A stretch of DNA of 64,000 bases from Octopus vulgaris. Lineage: Eukaryota. The DNA lies in the NCBI GenBank assembly GCA_951406725.2, contig OX597823.1:47988001-48052000 (forward strand). The letters run 5' to 3'. This document shows positions 42,111 through 54,965 of the stretch, one piece after another. Each line of letters starts with the position of its first letter. Position 1 is the first letter of the stretch. Both the position numbers and the translations under genes were made by a program. Under the pieces are notes generated by a model. It worked only from the letters and a program-made list of their open reading frames with translations, ran no database searches and was not told where the DNA came from.

Positions 42111-42601
42111 TTAATTTAGCTAACAAAATTGACAATTTTGTACATATTATACAAATTTATTATCTTTCACCAAAGTCAGCATAATGGATATTTAATATCA
42201 CATACTGGTGGCTGTGAAGTATCTTAGATTCTTTTATCCATTAGATATCTTCCAGCAATTTGGTCTTATTGAATTTCAAAGGCTCATTCTTCTGACTGAT
42301 AGGTGACAATAGAAGATTCTTTAATTAGCAATTTATGATTTGTTACTCTATTTTGCATCAGATTCATAGCCAATATTTTGTCCAGATTTCTTTAGTTTTG
42401 CTCATCTGACATAACTAGCATTCACTGGGTTATCACCATATAATTAGTCATAGAGAATTCTTGCAATAGAACCATCTTTCAAAGGTGAGGACAAAAAGAC
42501 ATAATAGTTGATGATGTTTAGCTCCAGATTAAGCTTTGACTGAGTAGTCCTATTATCAAAGACATTCCAACAGTGGCCATCCTGTCTATTTTTCTGGCAT
42601 A

Positions 42602-42632
<31 letters not shown>

Positions 42633-42684
42633 CATATATATACATATATTTATATGTATATATACATACACATATATATACATG

Positions 42685-42728
<44 letters not shown>

Positions 42729-42740
42729 CATATATACACA

Positions 42741-42780
<40 letters not shown>

Positions 42781-42814
42781 TACATCATTACATATATATA
42801 TATTTATATATATA

Positions 42815-43510
42815 CTAGCTGAGGTACCCAGTAAAAAGTTACCATTAATAACATGTTTGTTTATAGCCATGAAACATTTTTCGTCAAATTTTGATATTTT
42901 TCGAAAATTTAAAATCCATATTAATGGGTAGGACCAATTTGACAAAAAAATGAGCAGAGTCTAGTAGCAAACTTGTGTCATCATCATTTTTGTGCATGTG
43001 TGTAAAATGGCAAAATTTTATGCTTTAGGACAGATTTTGTCAAATTGATGTCATGACAGCTAGTGCGTAGAATGCCTAAATTTTGTTTGAGAAATAAAAT
43101 GGTCTTACCTAATCAAAACCTGAAACGCTGGGGAATTAAAACAATGAATTTAAAATAATAAGTTTTAGCAAATCAAAACAATTCGCATTGAAATGAAGAA
43201 TTAGCAAATACTAAATAGATTACTATTAAATAGCTGTCTGTTTATGCCCATGAAACATTTTTTGTCAAATTTCGCCATTTTTCGTCAAATTGATGTCAGG
43301 TTGGCTAGTGCAAAAAATTCCAAAATTTTACAATTTTTAAAAAATCAATGCTGATTAAAAATAGAAATTTTAAAATTCTAAGTGTGTAAGTGACTACATA
43401 GGCATAAGCCCCATCCACATGTCAAGTTTCATCAAGGTCTATTGGATAGTCGTGGAGGAGTTAAAGTAACAAATTCACAAACACACAAACTTGCCATTTA
43501 TTATTACAGA
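42815..43510 (-). mobile_element. Non-autonomous Helitron-like element
   Basis: Minus strand begins A|TC and ends CTAG|T inside (TA)n; AAGTTTCATCAAG...ACAAACACACAAAC motif typical of small Helitron derivatives; terminal hairpin not evident. Confidence 0.55.
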
Positions 43511-43547
43511 TATATATGTATATATATGTAAATATATATATATAAAT

Positions 43548-43752
43548 GTGACCTCGTGTGTACCATTGGCGATTTTTTTCCTCTGTCTTCCCTTCTCTGG
43601 ATCTTTCCTTCTCCTATGTATCCGACGAAGAGCTCTGCTCAAAACGTTAAACCCTCCTTCTTTCCTTCTTTCCTGAGCGTCCAATAATACTATATTTGTT
43701 CCACGTCCAAGCGTTGTTGTGTTTTTTTGTGCTTTCTTGTTTGGATTAACTT
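43548..43752 (+). mobile_element. About 200-bp element in (TA)n with decayed HHR (43617-43652)
   Basis: CCGACGA-A-GAGC-tct-GCTC-AAAACGTT: stem II intact, core positions mutated. Confidence 0.55.
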
Positions 43753-43760
43753 TATATATA

Positions 43761-43798
<38 letters not shown>

Positions 43799-43799
<1 letters not shown>

Positions 43800-44400
43800 T
43801 AGCAATGCACCCCACCATTCTATGAGTGTTATGACCTACAGCCACATTGTATTATTTGTTCTTTTCTCTTTCCTATGAGCAGAATCGGCATATAAGGAGT
43901 ATGAAGCAAACAATTCTTCTTTATAAACATGTTTTTTGGTCATTTTCTGATGAACAACACTGCAGTTACCATTTACCAAATTCAGTCACAACTCTGTGGT
44001 TGGCCTACGGTTGTAGTAGAAAGCACTTGCCCAAGGTACCATGCAGGTATTGCTGAAATAGATCATGATACATGTGGAATTGATTTGATTGTTCTGTTCT
44101 GAACATCAGTTGGTAAGAATAGAAGTCATTTGATGATACCTTTCCATTTGTAATTGGCTCTCCTGTTGCAGGTTTAATCTGTTGAATATTGAAATAATAG
44201 CCATCTTGTCCATTCCACAGAATAAGAGGATACTGGAAAGCATCATAAGAGGGATGAGTCTCTGATACACATTTAAGGTTGTGATCTTAAGCATGAATGA
44301 GAATATCACGATTTTCATGGGGATCACCTACCATAAGAATGGCTACTTAATTAGATGTGGGCTCATTAAAATGACGTAAAATGTCCTTTACTATAGTTTA
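43799..44400 (-). mobile_element. Helitron remnant with RepHel coding fragment (about 44150-44345)
   Basis: Minus frame AILMVGDPHENRDILIHA*DHNLKCVSETHPSYDAFQYPLILWNGQDGYYFNI matches the Helitron RDI...SE.H.SYD.LQYPL...G.DG motif; CTAG|T end at 43799. Confidence 0.75.
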
Positions 44401-45805
44401 TTATAGACATAATGAACATGGAAACACACACACTCATAGAATTGATAATATTGAAAACAGCAAAATGTACACACACAAAGTTCAAGCAGAATAAAATGTA
44501 GTCAATATAGGTGCAAAATATATTTTCTATAGTATAGTTATGCTATAAAAATTTTTTTTAGGGAATATTTCCAAAAGAAGTATTCCAGCATCAGAAAGTC
44601 ACCAATTTAGCAAAGATTACTCTGCGTCACCAATATAACAACGTACAGAAAGTCAACATTTATTTGGAACATGTACTAACTGTTATAAAATTCAGGATTG
44701 AATGTCATGATGAAGAAAGTCAAGCTCCAAGAAAATTCAGAAGGCATAATTCAATTATTCATACAAAAATAATTTATCATTTTATAATTTTTAAATGAAC
44801 GCTGAACAAAGTGTGCACAAAGGAATATGTTGCTGTTGCGAACATTAATTAATTTAAAACAGGATGTAGGTAGCAAGACATAAATTAATTTAACATCACT
44901 TACTATATATTTTAACTGTGTAAGGTTATAGGCTGTACAATAAATACTGACTAATGCAATAAAAAGGCTGCATGGCATTGAATACTAACGCTGTTAAAGC
45001 ATCATAGCAGGAATATAAGGATGCTAGGACTGTTAAGAAAGCATTATCTTCAAACTGTTTATAAGGAGTGGAATAACATTTCTGTAATTATATTGAAAGA
45101 GCCACTAAGGCTTTCTACTTTGCCAAGTTTCTGAATTTTTGTAATAACCAGAATAAAATTCTTTTTACAGATATATTTGCTAGTATTGTGAGTGCTGTGA
45201 TATCAGCCAAATCTTCATGTTGGTTATAAAAACCGGAAATAATATTTCGACACATGAGTAGGGATAATTGTTAATGCTGTTTAAACCACAATTCTCCCTG
45301 ATTAAAAAGAAAATCCAAACAGTGGTACTTCAAAGTGAACGCTGATGTGCATTCAACATCCATGCCACTAATAAACTAAACTCTTTCAAAATTGGCGAAT
45401 TTCACTATTGGTTGGTACATTCACATACATATACTAAGACAGACACACACAGACATACATTCTTGCACACCTTGGGCCTATCTCTGTCCCTCTGTGTGTC
45501 TGTCTCTGCCTTTAGATGTGTGTATGTATGTGTGTGTGTCAGTTGTCACAAAAATGTATGTATACTGACAGACACATACACCCTCACATACACTCACACA
45601 CATATACTTCTCAGTCATCGGCCTAACATACGTAACAAATGCACAAACACACACACTGACAGACACATACACACTCATATAGAAAATGTGACGTGATGGT
45701 GGCATAAAATGTCTTTTATGATAGTTGACTTTTAGAGAGATTAGTTTATTTGGTAGCTGAAAGATTACTGAATCTTTTGGTACCCCATACATCAAGATTG
45801 TAGAG

Positions 45806-46100
45806 TCACATGGCTTAGTGGTTAGAGCAGTGGACTTGCAGTCGAGGGATCATGGGTTTGAATCTCAGACCGAGCTATGTGTGTTTATGACTGAAACACC
45901 TAAGCTCTACACAGCTCCAGCAGAAAGTAATGCCAAACTTCTGCTGACTCTTTCACCACAACTTTCTCTCACTCTTTCCTCCTGCATCTAGCAGCTCATC
46001 TGCGACAGACTGGCGTCCCATCCAGGTGGGGAACCTATATGCCATAGAAACTGGGAAACTGACCCTTATGAACCAGGTATGGTTTGAGAAGGAACAAACA
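45806..46100 (+). mobile_element. tRNA-derived SINE with Meta-domain-like core
   Basis: TGGCTTAGTGGTTAGAGC...GGTTTGAATCTC head; CTGCGACAGACTGGCGTCCCATCCAGGTGGGGA...AGAAACTGGGA resembles the MetaSINE central domain. Confidence 0.7.
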
Positions 46101-46248
46101 TAATATATGTCAAATTCCGAATGCATAAGGAACATATGCACACACACACACACATGCACACCCACACACACACACATGCACACCCACACACACACACATG
46201 CACACCCACACACACACACACGCACAAACTCTGCTTTACATATATATA

Positions 46249-46797
46249 TTAGCAAAATGTCCCCCGTCCAATGGACGGTGCTGAATCACATCTGCTGAAT
46301 AAAAAGCAATCAGTGTTTTATTTTCATTAAAAAGTAATTAAGCATGCCTTTATTTCAATAAAATTTTTGGTTTTGTTAAACGAAGTTAAGGAAAAAAAAA
46401 ACTTCTTGAGAAACCAAATAGCCTTTCCTTCCTTCATGCCAAGTTTGAAGAAAATATCTCTTTTGCATCTTTCTATTTTTGGTCTCTTAAATATACTGCA
46501 TTTTGTGGCATTATTTCAAGCCACCTGGCTTTCTTTGTACAAACTGCACATGCATTTTTCTCTACACGTAGTATTGATCGCAACAGCTGATGTACTTATG
46601 CATACAAATGCACGTTCCCACGGCTTTATCGATTGCATTCCCACCTGGAATCGATTTTTGTAATCTTTTCAAGACTTATACATGCCCTGATACCGTCGGT
46701 ATCTACATACCAAATTTGAGCGCAATCGGATGGAGGATGCCCGAGATCCTAGAAGACACACACACACACACAGACAGAATGGATATTATATAATAGA
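46249..46797 (-). mobile_element. Non-autonomous Helitron
   Basis: Minus strand A|TC start; 3' hairpin CCGTCC-att-GGACGG followed by CTAA|T; internal (CA)n. Confidence 0.75.
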
Positions 46798-47920
46798 TGA
46801 TTACAATGTTCATGTTCCTCCCTTTTATTCAGACAGATGGGTGACAGTAATAGATTTCAAGTAACTTTTACCTGACAGAAACCTGGGTTACTGCTAATAT
46901 AACAACTCTAAATAATAGTGAAGTGATTTTTATTGTAACTTCGTATTTCAAATAAGACATTCTTGGCTACAGGGCCATGATTTCAAATACAACGTTAAAT
47001 ACTACTTTATGTACCTCAGGCAAGTGTCACTTGATTTACCTAGGCAAAGGTTTAATATTTAAATGAGGTATTGTCACACTGATAAGGGGTTCTTAATCTT
47101 TGCAACTGGAGATCAAATAAAAATGAAGTTACTGCTTTTCTTTGCCTAAAATGTTTTAAATGAAACTATGTTTTAAAAAATTGAGAAGAAACATATTTCA
47201 ACTATTAATTATCTTGTTTAATTAACCATAATTAGGTGTAACAAAATTTTTCGATAACATGTTTCTGAAAATAGATTTTCTAAAGCCTTAAATCCTTTAA
47301 CTTTCAGATTACTCTTTCAAATGAAATGCTTATTTATTTACATTGGCTTGAATTAACCATCCACTATCTTGTTGCTTCAGAATATGACATTGTAGGGTAG
47401 GTGTGAGAGGCCGGATCTGGTCAGTTTGAACATATAAGAGGTAGAATATTTTGGCTGAATATGGTTGGTTTAGATGCTAAAGGGTTAAACTATGTTAGTA
47501 TTCAGATTTCTTTGTCAAATGTAATACTTATTTATTCACATTGTTTTGAACTAATCATGCATTATCTCATAGTGTCAAAAATTTTAATGATGTGATTTTG
47601 TTTTATTTTTAGAATGACATTGTAGGGTAGATGTGAAAGACAGGATATGGTCAGTTTGAACATAAAAATCATCATCATTTAACAACTATTGCAGATCACA
47701 AGTTACTGTTAGAGTCAGTAAGGGAAATGGATTTTAGGGATTAGGTGTATGCTAAGGTCTTTGAGGCTGGGGTTGGAAATGAGTGGGGATTTGACTCTAT
47801 AACTCCACCACCTCTTGGGAGCAGAGAAATAGGTGAATGCCATTTCCCTTCTAACCTACATCATTTCCATCACTGGCAATGGTACACCACTTAAGAATCT
47901 CTGGTATTGAGACTACAGGA

Positions 47921-48053
47921 CAGTGTTGTCTTAAGGCATAGCCACATGAAGCTGTTGCCCAGGAGCCCTCAGGGACCTAGGAGTTGAATTCATATCTATG
48001 TATGCTGTGGCTTACTGTCAATAAATAAATAGAGAAAGAAAAATAGAAAGATG

Positions 48054-48134
<81 letters not shown>

Positions 48135-48190
48135 ATAGGACTCAGTACATTGATTGCTTGAGGGCTTACAATGTTGCTAAGAGGGCCCTG
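47921..48190. mobile_element. hAT-type MITE containing (GATA)n
   Basis: CAGTGTTGTCTTAAG / CTAAGAGGGCCCTG ends; 8-bp TSD CTACAGGA/CTACAGGT. Confidence 0.75.
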
Positions 48191-48540
48191 CTACAGGTTG
48201 ATGAATGAAATCCAACTACAGCCATGGTAATCATTTCTTAAGCAAGATATTTAGCTTTTCTAGCAATGCCCAAATTCTATATTAAGAAATCATTTTTCAT
48301 CACATAGGCATGTAATTTCATATAATTTAAAGACAATTCAAGAGCAATATTGTAACAGTCAGGTTTTTCTAAAGAATATAGTTTTTGTTTATTGAATAAT
48401 AAATCCCATTTCCAATCTTCTGAGTTCATAAGTTATATTACTAAAATATAGTTAATCCATCAGATAATAGAACCCTCTTCACAAACTCCAATTCATTCAA
48501 AATTTATTTCTTTATGATTTCTGCTACACCATATGCATGT

Positions 48541-48950
48541 GGGCATATGGCGTAGTGGTTAAGAGTGCGAACTACTGACCCCAAGATTCCAAGATTGATC
48601 TCAGGCAGTGACCTGTATCATTTCATTTTATCTAGTTTCAGCTCATGAGCTGTGGCCATGCTGGGGCACCACCATTCGGTGTTGCTACATGATTTTACTT
48701 CAGAATGCTTTTTAGCAATTGACATTTGGTGCATGAGAGAGTTTAATAATAATAATAATAATAATAATAGCATCGAAAAATACCTTAGGAATGAGAACGC
48801 AGGTTCAAAATTTTCCCCAAGACATCTGATGAAGGCTGGAGGGTATATCAGCTCAAACGTGTTAACAACAAACAAGATGATGACAAATATCTGTCAAATG
48901 TAAATAATGTAAATAATGTACATAATTCCTCATCTCTTAAATATAGAACC
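48541..48950 (+). mobile_element. tRNA-like head + (AAT)n + HHR-bearing tail, interrupted by a reverse retroposon tail (48616-48742)
   Basis: A-box TGGCGTAGTGGTTAAG; gacat-CTGATGA-AGGCTG-gagggtatat-CAGCT-CAAACGTGTT at 48821-48865. Confidence 0.55.
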
Positions 48951-49308
48951 TAATAGAAAGAAAGAAAGAAAGAAAGAAAGACAGGCAGACAGACAGACAG
49001 ACAGATAGATAGATAGATAGTTAGAATAATACAAATGAAGGGAATATGAAACAGGTAGTTGGACAATGTGAGAAGTCACAACAGATAAATGAAAATTCAA
49101 AAGGTGGGAGACAAAATGTGATCATATAAAATAAATGGACACATAATGCTGTGCACAGTGAATTGTACACCAAAAAAGAAAAAGTAGAAGAGAAGAAAAG
49201 TAGAGTGATGTTTCGGTTGAACCCTTTTTTGAAGTAGAGGATGAAAAAAATAAACCAGAGAAAGCAAAACAAGAAATGATAGTTGTTTAAAGCACATGAG
49301 TGCTGCTC

Positions 49309-49500
49309 TCTAGTATATCCTGTAGAATATATATATATTTATATATATATATATAATTAAATATACATATATATATATATATATATAATCCAAATAATGA
49401 GTTTCTTTCTTGAGAACATACTCTTTGTGGTAAGGTGATATGACGTCTATCTCTAGCGCATAGGAATCCACTTTAGTGGTCATTCCTCTTATTAATTGTA

Positions 49501-49545
<45 letters not shown>

Positions 49546-50061
49546 TATATGTATATACATACATACATATTTGTGCATGTGTTTGTGCATGTGCTCATGC
49601 ATGTGTGTGTGCATTTTTGTGTGTGTGTGTTTGTAGAATACATGTGTGCGTGTGTGTGTGTGCATATGTTTGTATGTGTATGTGGGTGTGAGTATAGAAT
49701 ATATATGTGCACATGTCTGCATGTGTGGGAGTATGTGTGTGTTTGCATGAGTGTGTCTGTCTGTCTGTCTGTCTGGCTAGCTGCCTGCCTGCCTGCCGGT
49801 GTGCTGTGTGTGTGTGTATGTGTGTGTGTGTGAGTTCAGATTTACAGACATGATGTGTAGAGAATATATCTTGTTTAAATTATATAATTGTTAAATTAAC
49901 AGTGACCTGGATTTCTGCCGAGTGAAAGCTGTTTGAAATTAGCTGAGGTTACGCCTTTCCAGTCTACCACTGTCACCCATCTGTCTAAAACATGAAAAAA
50001 AAACATAAGGAAAAACGATACATTAGACATTGTAGTCATATATATATATATGTGTGTGTAT

Positions 50062-50096
<35 letters not shown>

Positions 50097-50463
50097 CACA
50101 TACACACACACACACACACACATGCACACGCACACATGCACACACACACACACATATATTAAGCCTGAAAAACTAGTATATCCTGTAGAATATATATATA
50201 TTTATATATATATATATAATTAAATATACATATATATATATATATATAATCCAAATAATGAGTTTCTTTCTTGAGAACATACTCTTTGTGGTAAGGTGAT
50301 ATGACGTCTATCTCTAGCGCATAGAATCTCGGGTTATAGCAGCACACTTGCCCAAGATGCCATGCAGTGGGACTGAACCCGGAACCATGTAGTTGGTTGG
50401 GGCAAGCTACCTACCACACAGCCACTCCTGTATATATATATATATGCTCTTTTGCTCTTTTAC

Positions 50464-50497
<34 letters not shown>

Positions 50498-50842
50498 AAC
50501 ACATATATACATACATACATACATATATATGTGTTTGTGTGTGTGCACATGTGTGTGTGTGCATTTGTGTGTGTGTGTTTGTAGAATATCATGTCAGTGC
50601 GTGTGTGTGTGTGCATATGTTTGTATGTGTATGTGGGTGTGAGTATAGAATATATATGTGCACATGTCTGCATGTGTGGGAGTATGTGTGTGTTTGCATG
50701 AGTGTGTCTGTCTGTCTGTCTGTCTGGCTAGCTGCCTGCCTGCCTGCCGGTGTGCTGTGTGTGTGTGTATGTGTGTGTCAGTGTGAGTCATGCAGATTTA
50801 CAGACATGATGTGTAAGAGAATATATCTTGTTTAAATTATAT
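49309..50842. repeat. Local near-identical duplication (49309-49884 vs 50174-50842)
   Basis: Both contain CTAGTATATCCTGTAG...CTCTAGCGCATAG and GTGGGTGTGAGTATAG...GTTTAAATTATAT, with different middles. Confidence 0.85.
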
Positions 50843-50925
50843 CTCAGTCGTGTAGTGTATTAGACTTTTATAGGTCAACCTTAGAAGTAATCTGAGGGTC
50901 GCAGGTTCGAGTCCCTCTGCGAGCG
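50843..50925 (+). tRNA. tRNA-Lys(UUU)-like pseudogene with 19-nt intron (50871-50889), 5' end missing
   Basis: CTCAGTCG..GTAG..TTAGA-CT-TTT-A-[intron]-A-TCTGA-GGGTCGCAGGTTCGAGTCCCT..GAGCG matches eukaryotic tRNA-Lys(TTT); T6 Pol III terminator at 50933-50938. Confidence 0.7.
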
Positions 50926-50939
50926 TATGATCTTTTTTA

Positions 50940-51002
50940 TAGGTGTAGGTGTGGCTGGGTATATATTTGCTTAAGAACCACAGTGGCTCCAGGTTCAGTC
51001 CC

Positions 51003-51049
<47 letters not shown>

Positions 51050-51265
51050 TATATGTTTTGTGTGTCTGTGTTTGTCCCCCCAACATCGTTTGACAACTGA
51101 TGATGGTGTGTTTACATCCCCATAACTTAGTGGTTTGGCAAAAGACACCAATAGAATAAGTACTAGGCTTACAAAGAATAAGTCCTGGGGTCGATTTGCT
51201 TGACCAAAAAAAAAGAGCAGTGCTCCAGCATGGCCACAGTCACATGACTGAAACAAGTAAAAGAG
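50940..51265 (+). mobile_element. SINE family A with internal deletion
   Basis: Short head joined to microsatellite and full tail. Confidence 0.75.
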
Positions 51266-52561
51266 ATAAAAGCAAAAAGAGATAGTACTGGTCTGGACAT
51301 GCAATACATATGGATGAGTACAGCTCAATAAAAGTGTGCTAACACTCCATATGGATGAAAACTGTGAAAAAGGGAGAATCAGAAAAACTTAAGACGAAAC
51401 AAGTGAAGACTGATCTCGGGACATTGAACTCCACAGAAGAAATGACGAAAGAGTGGAATGATTAATGGCAATATGAGTTGCTGAAGAAGACTTGCCCATC
51501 TCTTGAAACTAAATCTGGAAGTGCAAAATTAATATTGGGTTGGCCAAAAGTTTGTCTGCTTTTTTAAGGGAAAATAAAATACAAATTTTATTGTTGCCAT
51601 TGTTGCTGTTGTCAGCAGATATGGTGACAATAATGGTAGAGGTAATGGTGCTGGAAACAGCAACACTTCAAACAGCAGAGACAATAATACCAACAGTTGC
51701 AATAGCAGCAACAGCACCAATCTTGTGGCTGGAAATGGCTGCTATGTTAGCAACAGCGGAACCACAAGAATCACGTCCAGGAATATCAATACCAGCAGCA
51801 ACTCCAGCTACAATGATGACAACATCAGATCTGGAGTTAATGAAATAAATATTGGCATTGGTAGCACATCCAATACACAACACACAAAATATGTTGGTTC
51901 AACCACGCCCCATTTAAGCAACATCTGAACAATCCCAAGTTCTCTTTTAGGATACCAGAAAAGTGCAACTTCACATCCCTGGCCAGTCACATAAGGCACT
52001 TAAAAGAGAAAAATAGGAAGGAACCCCATACATAATTAAATGGAAGCTCTTTGAACAACCAGGGTTTAAATAAACAGGAGCAAATGATGTAAGCTTTACT
52101 TGGCTGAGAGGACAAGAATCCTAAAAAACTCACTTGACTCAGGAACCTTTTTAAGCTCCACGAAAAATGCCCTCATCTAAAGCATTTCCTACTTCAGACT
52201 TGGAATTCCCCATTTCTAGAATAATCCCACCATAGCTCTTTCAAATATCACCATGGTCAGAGCCGATGCAAGGGAATAACTCTGTCACACTAATCCTATC
52301 CTGCCTACAAAATTCTTTGTTTACAAAACCAACTGATTGTTAAGCATTTCTTCCTCTAGTTGTTGAGAGGTTATGCACCTTCAGCCATTTGAGTCTGGTG
52401 TATCGATTATACTGCTAAGTGCTTTATAGCTGCAAAACCAATGGTCACTCGATTACCAGCCATAAATTTTAACTTCTTAAAAAATATATTACTGCTCTAA
52501 TGCTTTAGAGTATACCCCTTTTTTGGATATATGAACTACTGCCAATATAATATATGTGTGC

Positions 52562-52599
<38 letters not shown>

Positions 52600-52608
52600 C
52601 CATTTTCT

Positions 52609-53315
<707 letters not shown>

Positions 53316-53317
<2 letters not shown>

Positions 53318-54925
53318 CAATGTAAAGAATCAACTTCAAATTGTATAAACATCCCACAAAACTTAAATCTAGACCAATTGTAATAAGTCTGAACTGTGAA
53401 ACCTACAAGCTCAATAATTTTTTTAGATATATTACTAAAAAGAAAACATATTTTAAAATAAATACCAAGTCTTGTAAGGGACAACCTCGACCTGTTAAAC
53501 CACCTCTCTAAAACTGTTAACAAAGAAACCATTATTGTATCATTTGATGTAGTAAACCTCTATACCATGATCTCACACCAATATTGACAAGAAGTAATGG
53601 GTTTCTGGCTAAAAAATTCCCTCATGAAAATCCCAGACAGAATTTTAAAATTTTTTATCACCGAAGGACTAAAGTTCATCTTTGAAAACAACGTTTTTGA
53701 GTTTGATGACAATATTTACAAACAAATATCTGGGACTGCAATGGGAGCAAAAGTCACTCCAATGTACATTTATTTAGTCATGGAATACGTAGAAGTCCAG
53801 ATATATGAACAATGTAAATTAAAATATTGTCTGGACTTCCATAAATATTTACTAGAAAACTGGAAACATTACTTAGATGACTGCCTAATTTTGTGGATGC
53901 ACATATTTAACCAAATTATTGATTTCAAAAACCTAATTAACAGCGTAAACAGTAGTATTAACTTCACCATGAAATACGGTGAAACACAACTACCATTCCT
54001 GGACATTCTAATTATCAAATTTGACAAAAAATTTTGAAACAGACATTCATTACAAACTAACAGGATCTAAACAACACCTGCTGTTCTCATGCAATCCCAA
54101 ATACACAAAGACTAATATTCGTTTTAATTGAGCAAGAAGAATCTGCACAATTATTTCAAATGTTGAAACTTGTAATAAAAGACTTCAGGAATTGAAACAA
54201 ATACTATTCAGGAGAAAATATCCATCAATGTTGATAGACACTGCAATAGAGTGTGCCAAAGCAATAGATATTCAAGAATTGTGAAAAACAAAAAACAGTT
54301 CAGATTCACTCAATACTCTACTCTTTATTACAATACACAACCCCCAAAACACTGATGTTTCCAATATTATCCACTAGAACGTTCCACTCCTGAGATAAAA
54401 CTAGAACGTTCCACTCCTGAGATAAAACTCGAAATACACAAAATAATAAAAAGCAAAAAACAATCAAAATCCCTCAAGAAACTGCTCCCCAGTGCTAAAT
54501 TACCCTCCATAAACCCTGCACCAACAGTCAAAAAGTGTGGCCACCCTAATTATAGAGTTACAACAACCTCATTGAAGTTAATAAATATATATTTAAACCA
54601 GGACAGATTTTTACCATAAAAAAATTATTTTACCTGTTAATTAAAAAATTTAATATATGCAATTAAATATAAAAGATGTAATGCGGATTACATAGGTGAA
54701 ACAAAACTCACTCTTAGAAATAAACTAACTATTCATAGAAAACTAATACAAGACTCTAGTATTAGACAGATACCACTAAGTGGACACATAGACATATGTG
54801 CAAAAAATAAATCTCCCAAATTCCAAGCCTTTCTACTTTGCTTTGTTCAGCTGATACCACAGACCAAGTAAAGATAAACAAAGAAAATATATTCATAAAA
54901 AATCAAGCTAAGACCAAATAAACTC
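53316..54925 (+). mobile_element. Degenerate Penelope-like retroelement: RT and GIY-YIG endonuclease
   Basis: [47 protein letters not shown]...LPFLDI, TDIHYK, NLIYAI...CNADYIGETK; stops and frameshifts; starts at the edge of (TA)n; 27-bp internal duplication near 54374-54427. Confidence 0.9.
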
Positions 54926-54965
54926 TAACAAACTACATTCATGAAAAACATTTTTACACAAACTC

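Noticed and set aside
44106-44327. 73-aa ORF MIPMKIV...
   Set aside because: Alternative frame of the Helitron RepHel fragment.
49203-49240. Decayed HHR-like motif (also near 32033-32060)
   Set aside because: Core too degenerate to support.
51540-51928. Overlapping ORFs rich in A/T/N/S
   Set aside because: Decayed trinucleotide low-complexity sequence.
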